Shown: positions 1 to 27,850 of the stretch, piece after piece
Numbering within the stretch: the first letter of the stretch is position 1
Layout: each line of letters starts with the position of its first letter
Assembly (NCBI GenBank): GCA_012295275.1
Contig: CM022677.1
Coordinates: forward strand, 8,804,001 to 8,868,000
Length of the DNA stretch: 64,000 nt
Origin: Chrysomallon squamiferum
Lineage: Eukaryota; Animalia; Mollusca
Direction: 5' to 3'
The notes under the pieces: generated by a model
The model's input: the letters and a program-made list of their open reading frames with translations, nothing else
Database searches by the model: none
Told to the model about the DNA's origin: nothing
Position numbers and translations under genes: made by a program

Positions 1-1956
1 CAAATCGTGATCTGTGACGTGTCTGTGAGACAACACATAGCCTGACGCACTACACGGTTTCACTTCAGACTGGTTTGAATTATCACATTTATTGCACACA
101 TCCCTGTTCCCTGCCTGAAGAAAAAGACAGTCATTAAAAAAACTGTCATTGCTGTTACCATTGCACAATCCCGGATTATTTATATTCCTTGAAAGTTCTT
201 GGTTTTGCAATGAACTGAATTTATCTTGTATTGCCTCTGGTCCCACACAACATAAAGCAGACATATTGTTTCTGAACAATGAAGAGTCGTGTGAAGTTTG
301 AGATGAATATGAACACTCACATCCTCGGTCCTGATCACAATTACAGCTGTCAACAGGTAGGCTGAAGTAGTCAGTTGAGACATTATTTTCCTGAGTATTA
401 TAAGAAATTAAACTGAGATTATTTGTATCATGAAAAAAACATGATTCACCACTGAGAGATTTAGAAGTGTTTTTAAAAGACGAAGAGTCAGTCTGTTGAG
501 ATTCTGTACAGGAACAAAGTGACTCAGTCTTTATAGAATATTGGTTTATATTATCAGAAACTGTCATTGTAGGATACTGATCTACGTTACAAGAACAAAA
601 TGGTTTAGTCTTTGTAACACTGTGTTTAGAACAAACTGACTCAGTCTTTGTAGCATTTGGATTTGTAGAATACTGATCTGATTTATGAGTATTTACTGTA
701 TTATAGTTAGGAGAATAAGTACTATCTAACTTAGACTTTTTAATTTTATGTTTATTGGAATAGGAACACACTGGCTCAGTCTTTGTAGGTTTTTCATTTG
801 CAACATAAGAACACATTTGAGTTTCAGAAAGTTTTGAGATCAGTGGACTAGTCTGTGTAGAGTTATTTGAATTTCTGCTACATGTCTCACAAGACGCAGG
901 AAAATGTGAAACACAAGAATGATGAGATTTTGTTGCTTTAACATTTTTGCATTCATTATCTTTACTTTTGACTTCTGAACAATGAAATGCATCTTCCAAG
1001 TTACCATATGAATTTACAATAAAATTTGAAACACAATGAGAATTTTCTGACAAACAAATATGGTTTGGGCTATCACTATGAGTCACTAGTGCCAGACTTG
1101 AAGGTCGGGCAATAGTTCTGCTGTCTGAATGCGACATTCTGCAATCAGTATTTGAATTCTTGGGCTCAGTTAAGTTGTTATTAACACAACTGCCAGACAC
1201 AGGAAATGATGTAGTCTGATATTTAACATTTTTACTTCTTTCATTATTCAAACCATGACAAACACCAATGCCGTTTCGCTCATTACTCAGTGATTCAAGC
1301 ATTTTTGGAAACATTTTCTCCAGTTCCGGACTGGAGGAAAGAAGATGTTGTCTGAATGAAATATGTACAAGATTATCTGTGCATTCTCTTTCATTCCCTT
1401 GCTCTGAACAGACATCATATAAACTGCGAGATACTGAGTGATTCACTGGGTTACTGTTCTTTGGTTTACAAATCATCTCAGAGTTAACATCAGTGGTTGG
1501 AGTCTTGTTATTACTACATTCCCCACTGTTGTGAGCCTCAACTTTGAACTTTGACCTTCTTCTAGAGCGATGACCTGACCTGGTTTGTTTACAAGGTGAT
1601 TTCCGTGTCAGCATTCGGTGCAGTGCTAGGCCAGCATTTCTCCATCGTTCCAAAGCTGTGGAGTCGTTTTCGCAGCTGCTGCTTTCCATACTGCAAGCTC
1701 CCAAAATGCCACCATCTCCTTCTGTGGAATTTTTAATCCTGGTGCCAGACTGACAATACAGACTCTGTGATCGAACTATTCTGCCGTCGAATTCACTGGA
1801 TACACAGGGCAGCTGAGTTCCACTGTGTGAACGCCTCACTGTCGATTTGCTACCCAAGAGCTCGCAAGGGGAGGTAACTCTGTCCTGCAGAGTTGAACAC
1901 CACAGACGTGATGGTCTGGGCCAAACTGAATCTCGTGAATGGTTTGTGAACCACAT
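1..1956 (-). CDS. Large coding exon, 3'-partial; Ser/Asn/Cys-rich, probably disordered protein of unknown family (at least 652 aa)
   Basis: Manual translation from the ATG at 1956 (MWFTNHSRDSVWPRPSRLWCSTLQDRVTSPCELL...) reaches base 1 with no stop. In-frame TAA TAA lies upstream at ~2010-2005 and a candidate acceptor (ttcag) at ~2103. It is absent from the ORF track, presumably because its stop is outside the window. No recognisable domain. Confidence 0.8.
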   Translation of the reverse strand, partial: MWFTNHSRDSVWPRPSRLWCSTLQDRVTSPCELLGSKSTVRRSHSGTQLPCVSSEFDGRIVRSQSLYCQSGTRIKNSTEGDGGILGACSMESSSCENDSTALERWRNAGLALHRMLTRKSPCKQTRSGHRSRRRSKFKVEAHNSGECSNNKTPTTDVNSEMICKPKNSNPVNHSVSRSLYDVCSEQGNERECTDNLVHISFRQHLLSSSPELEKMFPKMLESLSNERNGIGVCHGLNNERSKNVKYQTTSFPVSGSCVNNNLTEPKNSNTDCRMSHSDSRTIARPSSLALVTHSDSPNHICLSENSHCVSNFIVNSYGNLEDAFHCSEVKSKDNECKNVKATKSHHSCVSHFPASCETCSRNSNNSTQTSPLISKLSETQMCSYVANEKPTKTEPVCSYSNKHKIKKSKLDSTYSPNYNTVNTHKSDQYSTNPNATKTESVCSKHSVTKTKPFCSCNVDQYPTMTVSDNINQYSIKTESLCSCTESQQTDSSSFKNTSKSLSGESCFFHDTNNLSLISYNTQENNVSTDYFSLPVDSCNCDQDRGCECSYSSQTSHDSSLFRNNMSALCCVGPEAIQDKFSSLQNQELSRNINNPGLCNGNSNDSFFNDCLFLQAGNRDVCNKCDNSNQSEVKPCSASGYVLSHRHVTDHDL

Positions 1957-2794
1957 GGTTGTTTTAAGTTGGGTGGTTGTATTATTGTCCAAAATTAAAA
2001 TATTTTATTATGGAATGCCCCAGAAAGGAATTATCCATAATTTCAATTCTTAAGTAGACAGTGAAGTCTGGTTGTGTTTCTTATCCCTAGTTGAATCAAA
2101 TTCTGAATTAATTTATCATCACAGCATGCATCTTCTCCTTATTAATAAAAAGAAAAATAATGAAAATAACAGATTTTATTTATTCATTTATTAAAAGCAG
2201 TAATAGGACTAAAAAAGAAAAACAAATTTAAATGTATATCAGTTTTACATATATCTAATAATAATAATAATAATAATAACAGATTTATAAAAGAAACAAG
2301 AAAACTAATAGTAACAGGTACTTACTACAACAGCAACAACTACTAATAATAACAATAACAATAATAAATAAAATAAGATAAAATAATAATAATTATATGA
2401 GCAAACTGTGTCTTTATTTATGTCAAATAACAATAATAAAAAAGGAGGTCTAAATGATAATAAAATACAAAATATACAAAAAAAACAAAAAAAAAAAATA
2501 GAATCAAAATAATAAGTATATAGAATGAAATGATAATTATTTCACCTAGCAAATCTTCAAATCAACAATTTATGCTGATTTCATTTGTATTAATAAACTA
2601 CACTACTGAGGTGCTCTCGTTATCTGTGGAGTATGATCACTGGCTACACTTTAAATTACTTATTACGCCTTCACAGTTGCAAATTATAATCAGTAATGAA
2701 GTGTGTGTGTATCAGTGTATGTATGTGCAGTGTAACTGTAGCACAGTTATCAAAAAAGTAAATGCATGCGTAATCTGAAAGAACCATTCCAGTG

Positions 2795-2860
2795 ACACAT
2801 CGCCATTTTCTCCATAAAAGAAAAAAAATTAGATACGATGCGATCGCCATTATTTAATTA
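2795..2860 (-). promoter_or_regulatory. Candidate proximal promoter / 5' UTR motifs (YY1-like AAAATGGCG) of the left-hand gene
   Basis: Two ATGGCG cores on the minus strand (plus-strand cgccattttc at ~2801 and cgccattat at ~2846), about 850 bp upstream of the ORF. Motif match only. Confidence 0.25.
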
Positions 2861-3314
2861 TAAGAGTCGAAAAGAACAACAAAATAATATGAGAGAATAC
2901 GCATTTACAAAATAGTGTACATAAAACAAAAAACACAATGATTTTAAAAAAGAAAAGTAAGGCGGATGCCAATACCTGTGTCAACATCAGTCATTTTCTA
3001 GCCTCAAGATTGCAAAGATTTCCAATAAGGGGAGATAACATCGTAGTTTTAGAAGACAGTTGTTTGTTGTTTGTTCACATTGTCTTTCTTTCGTATCAGA
3101 TTAAAAAAATATATATATATTAATTCTCTTTCTACGATGTGATGTCTTTCTTTTATTTATTTATTTATTTATTTAATTTATTTTCAATAGATAGCAAATA
3201 AATAAATAAAAAAAGGATATAACTCGGCATAAAGGAGTCTGTATTATCAACCTGAGTGCACTTTACATTATAGTAAAACATTTAACAGTTGTTGTTCCAA
3301 TGATGATGATGATG

Positions 3315-3371
<57 letters not shown>

Positions 3372-3649
3372 TTGACGATTATGATGATCATCATGACAAT
3401 ATAATAATAATGTTGATGATAATGATATTGATGATAAAATGATGATAATAATGATGATGATTGGAATGATTATAAGAATGACAATATAGTTACTGATAAT
3501 AATTATAACTCAGTAAAATAGATAGGTGGACAGACAGAGAAACAGATAGACAGCCTTGTAGATAGACAGAAGACAGAGAGACACGAAGTCAGATATTAAG
3601 CCAGCCTTAGCTCTATTTTTCTCTTTCTCACTTTACACACACACACACG

Positions 3650-4790
3650 TGTTAGATGGGTTAATTCTGGCCCCCTTTTCCATTCAACCTCATCTACAGT
3701 TTCACAGATAAAAGGAAACAACAAAATGGACTGAATAATGTGTAGTATATGCATTTCTGCTTCAGTATACACTGTTTGCATTATCATTATATGCATAGTG
3801 CTTATACTTTTCAAAAGTCAGATTCAAAACTTCAATAAACTAAACACAAATATGACACAAGAATACAATTTCTTTCAAGTTCGCACCAGCTGGGATTTCG
3901 AGGTGTGCGCAAGAATCAAGACAATACCAATTTGGGCACCCATCACATCCTATGAACTCGTCAGAATTCATTCCATCATCATCTCTGCCCCAGAGTTCAC
4001 ATACCAGATCTCTGTCTTCTAGTTCAGACTCGTCACCACCAACATTTTCTTTGACTGCATCCACCGGTTCTGCTGTAGCATTCAAATTGAGCTGCCGTTT
4101 TTCCTTTGGTATCTTCTTCCGTTGTTGTTGATGTTATTTTTTGCCGCCTCACTTTTGCTCTCTCTGCCTTTTCTTCCTCCTCCTTCTTCTTCTCTGCCAA
4201 CTCTTCTTCATAGCGCTTGACACTTTCGTCTGCTGTCAATCGGCAGCCTCATCCTCTTGATTTTATTTGAAGTTTGACGACTTGCCCCATAGGATGGGCC
4301 GTGAACTTTCAGTTGTTTCATAAAACTTAAATAAAACTCAGAATGGACTATATCAATGCCAAAACTGTTGATTTCAGCATCACATATGGGGGCCAGATAT
4401 ACCCCATGCATGAGGGCCAGAATTATCGCAAGTGGTGGAGTAGAATAAAAATACACTTCTTGCCTAATCACCACATATTGATCAAGTTTCTTCTGCTGAA
4501 CTTAATAACTAATTATATGTTTACCTGTTATAAGTTATCACTAACCTTATATCTATAGAACTAAAAAAGTAACACTGACTTTTGAAACCTCAAAATGTAC
4601 TTTTTTTACAACCTTGTTGTTTTCACCACTTTTATGGCCACTATACTCAATGTGTAAATGGCTGAGGATCTACATCCTTTGTTCTAATGAGAGATAGGAA
4701 AGTCCTATTTATATCAACAAAGTTCCAGAAGCCTGGACACAACAATATAGTGGCTGGTATAGAGTAGAATATTTCCAGGCACCGTCGAGT
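3650..4790 (-). mobile_element. Internally deleted pogo-like DNA transposon remnant (transposase C-terminus with PHD-like finger)
   Basis: Frameshifted ORF pieces RMRLP / TADESVKRYEEELAEKKKEEEEKAERAKVRRQK followed by CELW...FIGCDGCPNWYCLDSC...FLCHIC match the coiled-coil plus PHD tail of invertebrate pogo-type transposases. The motif AATTCTGGCCC occurs at ~3663 and inverted at ~4412-4422. Ends are approximate. Confidence 0.55.
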
Positions 4791-4994
4791 TTATGTTCTA
4801 CTTAATAATTTACATTCTTTTAACCATAATTAGTAAATGAATGAATGACTCGACAGAAGAAAATTTTATAAATATCATGAGCGCGTCGTTAAATAATAAT
4901 AATAATAATGATGATGCAAACAGCAAAATTTATTTTCATAAGGTTTCTTCGTTCATTTACAAAGCTAGGCTTACTTTTGTTTCTTGTTTTTTTA

Positions 4995-5056
<62 letters not shown>

Positions 5057-5541
5057 TTATTATTATTACTACTACTACTACTACTACTACTTTTTGTTTC
5101 ATTTTTTTAATGATTATTTATTTAGTTGTTTATCTATTTATTTATTTATATGATAACCTTATCTCTTATTTAGTTATTGTGTCACAAACTTTTAATGACC
5201 CGTATAAATCAACTAACTAAATAACATTTATTTTGAATCGATTGATGAAGAAATTCGTTCAAATGTTGTAAAGAGAAATAACTCGTATTAACGGGAAATA
5301 ACTCGTTTTAACGTAGTCATCCTATAGTTAAGGAAAATAACTTAAGATTTTTCATTACTGAAAGAAACATATGACAACATATAAACATAATCATACTTTC
5401 TTTCATGCATAGATACATAATACACACAAATACATACCTACCTACCTACCTACATACACACACACATACATACATACATGCATGCATACATACATATATA
5501 CATACATACATACGAACTAATAAAAAACATAAATACATGCA

Positions 5542-5710
5542 GGGTTGTCTTGATGGCCGAACGGTAACGTCGTCCGCCTTCGGAGAGCGGGCGAATGGGT
5601 GCCATACGTTCAAGTCTCGTCATCGGCTTCTGACGGGTTTCTGAGATCGTGATTGGACTTTGTCCTCCTGCGCCAGTGCGTTCCTGAATATTGTCTATGT
5701 GTAGAGTCTA
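5542..5710 (+). mobile_element. tRNA-derived SINE fragment
   Basis: GC-rich island among simple repeats, with an A-box-like TGGCCGAACGG (5554-5564) and a B-box-like GTTCAAGTC (5608-5616). No full cloverleaf. Confidence 0.5.
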
Positions 5711-6199
5711 TTCAGACGTACATAAGACAGAGAATATTCAAAATCCTAACCTACATACGTACATACGAATAAATGTACATTTGGATGGAGATTAGTAAGT
5801 TCTTTCCAAGTATTAGCCAGTTACAGAGGTGATCAGCAGAGAAGGATTTACACAGATTTCCAGTTTCTGTTTGAAGACAAAAATATATAAACTATAATAT
5901 TTTATTTCTTACTCAAATGATAAAACAAAAATCGGCCACCGTACTTATTGACCTTCAGTATACAGAAAACAACAAAAAAACAAACAACAACATGAAAATA
6001 TCAAAAGCAAAAACAAAACAGCCTTATAGTATAAAAGATTTATTCAAATTCAGTATGAAAAATAGTACAACCCTGATTCTGCCTACAAAATAATATATAC
6101 ATGATATATGTTCAAAGAAATAAATATTTACATTGTCGTCTGCATTCTCTCAGTCATTATATACAAAAATACTTGTTTTATTAAACACCGAAAGCAAAA

Positions 6200-6279
<80 letters not shown>

Positions 6280-8030
6280 TCTATCGAAACTCAAAAATAC
6301 CATACGTAGTATATAGCATCGATTCAAAAACTCTTGTTTTATAACGACACGAATACATTTTTCTTCGTAATAACTTAATTTGAGGCTGTTTCTGTAGTAA
6401 TACGTCATTATTGTTTCACCCTGATGACGTAATAAGAAGACGAACTTGTAGCCTCATTAATATGAATGAATTATTGTCATAGAAACCTGATAACGAAAAT
6501 AGTCGAAATGCTATTAGAAACGAAACAAGGTCTACGCGACTTTGACGTAACTTAAATGCAACGTGTTTGTATGTCAAATAATACATGATAAAATAATTTG
6601 TAGCTAACAAATTATTTAATATTTGTTAATTTTATAATATATAATTATATATGAATATTTTATTTAGTTTTATATTTTTATTTAACTTGTGTTTGTTTGT
6701 GATGTGTTTGCGCGTCATTGTGTTGAATGTAGGAGGGTGTTTTTGTGTGTGTGTGTGTGTGTGTGTTTGTGTGATTATCTTTGTACAGAAAAGTATATTT
6801 GTCTGTACCTCTGTTCTTCCTATACTTATATTTGCAGTTATAATTGTCCAGATGTCTGAAATACTGTGGCATTTAAAAACGATAAAAAAAGAAAAAAAAT
6901 GTGGTTTCAATCACACATTATCACTAATACTAGCGTTAATATACACAAAACTACTCTTTTTATATCTACCTGTACCCATATAACATCACTCTGTTTTTTA
7001 CATTTCTTTGAGTATTTCTATAAATATGATTACAATCAACGCTTACTCCAAAATTTCTTAAACAGTCTGAAGTCCCGACAATTACTAATAACTTTTCATT
7101 GTAATAAATATACTACATAGCTGACATTTCACTAACGTACCGATTATCCTTTCAGTTACCATTACCGATACTGATTATAATATATTTGTTACAAATACGT
7201 TATCTTTTCATGTTTATTACAATAAATTATATGTTTTCAATTGATTATTTCCACATTAGTGTTCATCAGACATAATCTAATATTGTGTTAAATTTGTCAC
7301 TATGACAGTAACATGCGTTGTCATATAATTACATATTCCATATTGTTTATGTAACTACTTAACTCATACATTACGTAATAATCGTCCAGTTTGACGTACA
7401 CATTAAGCACCTTGTTCTAACCATTCGTTACGATATGAGCATAGTTTTTCAGAACGTCGACATTTGACACGACATTATTTGACAGTTTTTTTTAACACAG
7501 AACGTGCTAAAATATTATTTCTGTCTATCTCTAACGTGATACGTTCATAAACCTGTATATCATTTCTCTTTATCCGACACAAATTTACGTTGCTTTTCAA
7601 CATTGTACATTCAAAAACAGTTTAATCGCCTACTGATTATTTCATTATCATCATCTGACGTTTTACCTCTCTGTTTCTTTCATCGTTACGCATAGAGTGA
7701 TTATTCCTCACTTAGATCTAATCAAAGTGAAATATAATAAAACTTTTCTAAGCTGAAGTTAAGATCAGTGGTAACGTTTTCTGAAAAATCTGTGATGCAG
7801 TAACAGCAATAGAAAAAATATTATTGCACATATGATTCTAATTTTTGAAACAAAAATCACAAGATACTTTTCTGTTATATATATACGTACGTTTTGTAAA
7901 AAGGACAGTAAATAAAATAAAAACTATACAAGTTCACCTCTTTTTGCATAAAGCATTTTTCTGGAGCGTGCTAAGCAATATTCAAAATTATTTTGTTATT
8001 TGAATAAACTCTTTAACGTCATTTTTAAGC

Positions 8031-8100
<70 letters not shown>

Positions 8101-8508
8101 GTGATAGCAAGAGCAATAGCAGTAGCAGTAGCAGTAGTAGTAGTAGTAATAAGAAGGCAGCTCTCATAACCCGTTTATCTCCTGCAGTAAATGAGTGAAA
8201 ATTTAGTACATGGTTTCTAAACAAAATATGGATTACATTTTATATAGAGAAAAAAAACAATTTAAAAAACCCAAAAACAAAAACCAGTAAATAAATAAAT
8301 TAATTATAAAATGTTATAAATACGAAAAAATTATCTACACCTGCAATGCCATATTTCTTCATAATATCAATAATTTCTTTTAAAGTAATAACTGTAAAAA
8401 TTATCTAAGACAAATTCATAATATATATAAATATCAAAATCATTTACGTCATTTTAAATTGTGACAGAAAAGTCAACTCAATCGGCATTTCAGCAGGAAT
8501 ATTTTCTG

Positions 8509-8573
<65 letters not shown>

Positions 8574-8739
8574 GATATTAATAATAATTATTATTATTAT
8601 AGATCTATGTTTAAAATCTGGCTTATTACATATTTTTCTTTATTTCTTTCATTCTTTATTTATTTATCTATCTATTCTTATTTATTTATTTTTTGTACTT
8701 TTTTTTTTCTACCAGGCTAGCTCATAAATGACTCAGTAA

Positions 8740-21933
<13,194 letters not shown>

Positions 21934-24213
21934 TGTCTAGATTTTAGAGAAATTAATTTAACCGGAAATTTCTGCTATATAATTTGGAGCGAAATTAGTG
22001 AGTCTTTTTGTCCTTAAGTATAAAAGTTATTATTTCAAATAATATTTTCTAGATGAATTTAGTACCCACTCCACAATTCTGTTAACAGTTTGGCCCACTT
22101 ATAATAGCGAAAATTTCTCTCTGTAAGGAACTGTTTTTTATCAAGACTTGAAGTTCATTATTTTCCTATTCACAGTCACTGACGGAATTCTTTTCTATAA
22201 CAGTTAAAAATTAGACATCAGCTCGGTCACTTTTTTTGTTTTACTGATTATCTCCAATGACACTAAAAAATTATATTGGTTCTTAGGATTCGGAATTGTT
22301 TAAAAATGCCTTTCATAAGACGTTGCTTCAGTTGAAGTATTTGTAAGTAATCTCCTCTGTGCTCTGTAGAAGGTTTTCAAAACGACTTTTTTATACTGTA
22401 ATAATGATTTCTTTTGAAACAACTTAGACTCGCTTCTCAAACTTTGATTACTGAATCTTCAGGCCCAGTTAATTCAGGACAAGAAATGTAATTCTCTTTC
22501 GTTCGAGAACAGATTCTCTTTAATGATTGACTCTTCAGCTTCAGAAGTGTCTTTAGTATTACAGTCTTTGACTGATTCCTGATCACGAGAACTGTAATTA
22601 TCTTCAGTGATTTGTCTGTAGAGAACTGAACCTAAGTCTTGCAGTTAGTTCCAGACTAACGTGTCGCAGTTCAGAGTTTCGCTCTAAATGATCAGCTCAG
22701 ACTCTGCAGGTGTCTTTATAGATCCGCCTACCTCCACCACAGCAGAGAGGACCGCCACATTTTCAGTTTATCGTTCTCAATTTACTCAGCGTAAAACAAC
22801 GTCTCCCGTTGGCTACAAGGCTACGGAAGAAATCTCTCTTTACCATAAACAGACATTTGTTTTCACCTTCTTTTCTTTCTCTTAAAGCATTATTACTTTC
22901 CTTCTCAGTTATCTCCCTTTGGGTTGAAGTGAAGGAGAGTAGTTTGAAGAAAAACGTTGGCTGTGTTATTCAGGTTGTTTTTGTGTTTGACGTTTCAGTA
23001 AACGGGGCTCACACATCAATACTTGTGTTCCCTGTTTGTCAACACAGAATTGTTGAGTTTGTCAACACGAAAACGTAAACGCGAAGGCGGAACTCCCGCG
23101 CTCCGAGAAACGTAGACAGGTTGACAGGTTCGGTCAGCAAATACCGACACACGCTCGTATGCAAATTTAGTCGATTTTTAACAACAGTAAAATGCTTTCC
23201 TATAGTTTCCTGGTTTTGTTGTCTATGGAGTCTGTGGTAGATTAAATATAGATTATGGTTATAGCGAGGGACTGTTTTATGAAAATATATTGTTTTACAT
23301 TTTTGGTCCGGTTCATTATTTTTCAGATCAAACCACATGTCCGTGAATTGTCTTTCAATCATTGTATAAAAATATTAATAAGAACAACAATATGTTGTTT
23401 CTGTTTTGTTATTATTATTATTATTACTATTACTATTATTATTAGTAGTCGTATTAGTAGTAGTACTAGCAGTAGTAAATTATTGTTGTTGGTGTTGCCG
23501 TTATTGCTGTTATTATTATTATTATTACTATTATTATTACTGTTACTACTATTACTATTGTTATTATTATTACACGCACACACACACATTCTTGTTCGAC
23601 AGAGAGACAGATAGACAAACACATTATCAAGACAATCATACAAGGAATAATGAATCATAAGATTGCCAAAGAAACAAAAATAAATAATTTGTACACAGTA
23701 ATTACACTGATAATTAAAAAAATAGGAAAAGAAAAAGACAAAATGTAAATAAGTTTAAAAATTAAATAAACGTATCAACTGAATAAAAAAAAGAGAAGAG
23801 TACATTGAATAGACAATGCGGAAACATTATCTACACACAGACCAGTTTTACCAGACACACACCGAGACACAGAGACAGACAACAAATACATACAGTGACG
23901 CGAAGAACTGTATTATCAGAAATGTTGTAATTATTGATGTTATCTTGTTTGAACTATTTGGACGCTATAAATAATTGACCAAGTTGTTGAATAGTGCTCT
24001 CGTTTAACTTACCGTAGTCGCGAGATCTCGCCTTCTCGATTTATACACAGTTTTAGTATATTTATAAAATATGGAAATAGTTGTGTATATCTTTCCTGTG
24101 ATCTCTCTCTGTTAGAGTCTCGCTTTCTCTATCATCTTCTCTCCCTCTGTCATTCATTATGTAGGATTCTTCATAAATTGATTTTTAACATGAATTAGCA
24201 AAATAATTAATTA

Positions 24214-24272
<59 letters not shown>

Positions 24273-26471
24273 TGATGATGATGATGATGATAGAATAGTT
24301 AATACTAACAATTACAATATCAACAACAACAATAACAACGTCAATAATAACAACAACAGTAATACAACAATAACAATAATAATAATAATAACAACAACAA
24401 CAATAATATAATAATAAAGTAATTGTAATAATGAATGAAAAAGAAAAGAAAAAAGAAAGAAAAGGAAACATGTTCAAAACAAAAGAGTGTAAAAAATAGT
24501 AACATCTGTTGTTAACAGCGCTTTCACAAATATACACCGTCAACTCAAAATGAAGACAAAATAACCGCCATGGCACTTCTTTTGTATACAACAACTGCAA
24601 CGACGACGACAATAACAAATTAACATAGGAAACTCCTACAAATTAAATTTAGTTGCACCAAACCAGATTCTGTTTTTGGAAAAATATTTTCTTTCTATTT
24701 TTTTTTTTTTTTTTTTTTTCTTCTTCTTCTTCTTCTTCTTCTTCTTCTTCTTCTTGTTATTGTTGTTGTTGCATTGTTATTGTTGTTACTGTTATTATTC
24801 CTAACTGATGCAACTATTATTATTACTATCAGCATTCAATTACCAATTATTTACTTACTTCTTCACTGTTTATATATATTTATAAAAGATAAATTCTCTT
24901 ATGAAAAATACATCAGAAAACAAAAGGTATTTATTCGTCATAATACTAACATTGTCAGAAAACAACAAGAAAAAAAATATATAAAAAAGGATTAGAAACA
25001 ATATAAAATATTTTTTAGAAAAAGAAGAAGAAAAAATAAACACAGACACAAAACGAGGTGAAGCAGTTCATTATTATTATAACTCCTAAAAATAATAATA
25101 ATGATGACGATGATGATGATAATTATAGTAGTAGTAACAATAACGACAACGACAACAATACATATACATATATATTTATTATAAATTTATTCTTATAAAT
25201 ATTATTTATTAAAATAAAATTACAAAAAGCTGTGGCAATCAATTAAGCATAATAAATAATAGTTTTTTATAAAACAACAAAACATACAATAACAACAATG
25301 ATGATGATGAGAAAAAATAATAACTATGATGACAGTAACATATTTATAATAATAAATCATTAAAGAATCGTAATAGGACATTTTTTTTAACAATAACAAG
25401 AAAAATAAATTTAGTACATGATTAAGTTGTCATCACACTGGCTAGAACTGACTAATTTGTTATTTTTAAACTCAGTCAGTAAATCTGTGCGACCTTTGGT
25501 TAATTTTATCAAGATTGCAAAAAACGTGACAATATACGTTTTTTTCTTTCTTTTGTTTATCAAATGGTTAAAACCTGGACAAGCCAACAATATCTAAAAA
25601 CTGAGACTTTTGTGTCTTCTTTTTTTCTTTCTACACCGCACAAAGTTCTTCTTTATGTCCAGATACGCAGAGGGTCAAATTCTTCAAATCACAACCGACG
25701 ATTTTTATGAAAAGCTCAAACAGAAATCTTTATTTGTATAAATCTTTTTTCGGTCTTTATTTGAGGGAATATTTTTGAATCCCTGCACGTTGAAACATTT
25801 TACCAAAGTCCTGGCCTTGTCAGTGTTTACAAAATCAGAACTGAATTGAAAAAACGACCTGAGATGAATTTGTTTGTGTGTGTGTGTCCGTGCAGACGAC
25901 ATTGTTGAAGTTATTTCTGCTCCCCGAGAAGACTCTGCGAGCAAACGATAAGAACAAATTGCTGTGTTTATTCAAATAATAACAGCTTGTCAGCGCGATG
26001 AAGCCGCCATTGTTTCGTGCAAGGTCGAGTGTTGCTTGCAGCGTCCTGGGTTTGGTTTGAAAACTTGTAAGTTATTTCCACAACTTGATTCTCGATGTTC
26101 AAAACAAACCCGAACCATAACCGACAAAAGATAATGGATAAAAAAAGTAATAAGAGTTTAAAAAAAAGTGAACGTAAAAAATTAAAATACACTAAATTTA
26201 ACATTATATAAAAGCTAAAAAATATATTTAAAAAAAAAAAAAATAAATAAATAAATAAATAAAAGAAAAAAGATTTAAATAATAAATAAAGTTATTAATA
26301 AAGAAATTAATTAATTAACTAATTAATAATAATAAGGAGAACAAGAACAAGAAAAAAATATATATATAGCTGAAGACGCGTTATAATTAAGAATTAAATG
26401 ATTTAAAAAAAATAATAACAATAATAATAATAATAACAACAACAACAACAATAAACAACAACAACAACAAG

Positions 26472-26503
<32 letters not shown>

Positions 26504-26613
26504 TATAATAATAACACTAATAATAATAACACTAATAATAATAACACTAATAATAATAATAATAATAATAACACTAATAATAATAATAATAATACAACAA
26601 CAACAACAACAAG

Positions 26614-26654
<41 letters not shown>

Positions 26655-26657
26655 CAC

Positions 26658-26711
<54 letters not shown>

Positions 26712-26747
26712 CAATAATAATAATAATAACACTAATAATAATAACAC

Positions 26748-26824
<77 letters not shown>

Positions 26825-27169
26825 GCTGGCGTAAAGTGAAAATGGTAATGTTGCGGACGGAGAAGTAGAGCTAGTGAAAACGCTTCAACAGAAAACTGTT
26901 ATAATAATTTCTATCAATGACGTTATCAGTGCTGATGTCATTATCAACAACAACAATGTATTAATATATATATATATCATAAAAAATCAATCAATCAATA
27001 AATAATAATAAAAAAATGAAATAAAAAAAAAATAAAATAAAATAAAATAAAATAAAGAATATAATAAAAAGGTAAATTAAAATGATAACGATGTTGTAAA
27101 CCTGCCAGTAAGGTTAATGTTAGATAGATTTTAAAAAGAGAACTAAATCTGAGAAAGCAAGTTTAAAGA

Positions 27170-27850
27170 GAATGCAACAAATTTAACGTTACAATGATTG
27201 TAAGAAATCTAACTTGATACTGAAGTTAACAAAGTAACTTTGCAAATACGTTAAACAGAGTAACGTTACAACAAAATTAACTGAACTGAAGTTAGAACCA
27301 AATTAACTAAAGTTACAAATAAATTGATGAAACTAACGTTACAACAAAATTAACAAAACTAATGTTACAACAAAATAAAAAAATTACATTACAACAAAAT
27401 TAATAAACCTAAAGTCAGAACAAAAAAAAATCACGTTACAAAAAAATTAACAACTATCATTTGAATGATGTTAACAAATTAACTTTACGATCAGGATAGC
27501 AAAACTAAAGTAATAATGAAGTTACCTGATATAATATGTTTTTATGTTTCAAAAATCTAAAGTTTAAGTGAAAATATAAATTTAATAATGTTAAAGTTAC
27601 AACATTACAATTGTATTAACAGTAACAACATTACAATTAAATTAAAAGTTACAGCATTACAGTTATATTAACAGTTAATATTACAATTATATTAACAGTT
27701 AATATTACAATTATATTAACAGTTACATCATTACAATTATATTAATTGTTAGAACATTACAATTATATTAACAGTTATAACGTTACAGTTAAGTTACCAA
27801 AGTTAAATGAAAAAGAAATTTACGTTGCAATGACGTTAATAAACAAAAAC
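27170..27850. repeat. Degenerate AT-rich ~24-27-bp tandem repeats
   Basis: Repeated GTTACAACAAAATTAAC... units followed by TTACAATTATATTAACAG... units. Confidence 0.6.

Noticed and set aside
3840-4085. Host PHD-finger gene exon
   Set aside because: Zn ligands are degenerate, the frame is broken, and it follows a pogo-type coiled-coil tail, so a transposon remnant fits better.
5542-5625. tRNA gene
   Set aside because: A- and B-box-like motifs are present, but there is no pairing acceptor stem and the sequence continues into a SINE-like body.
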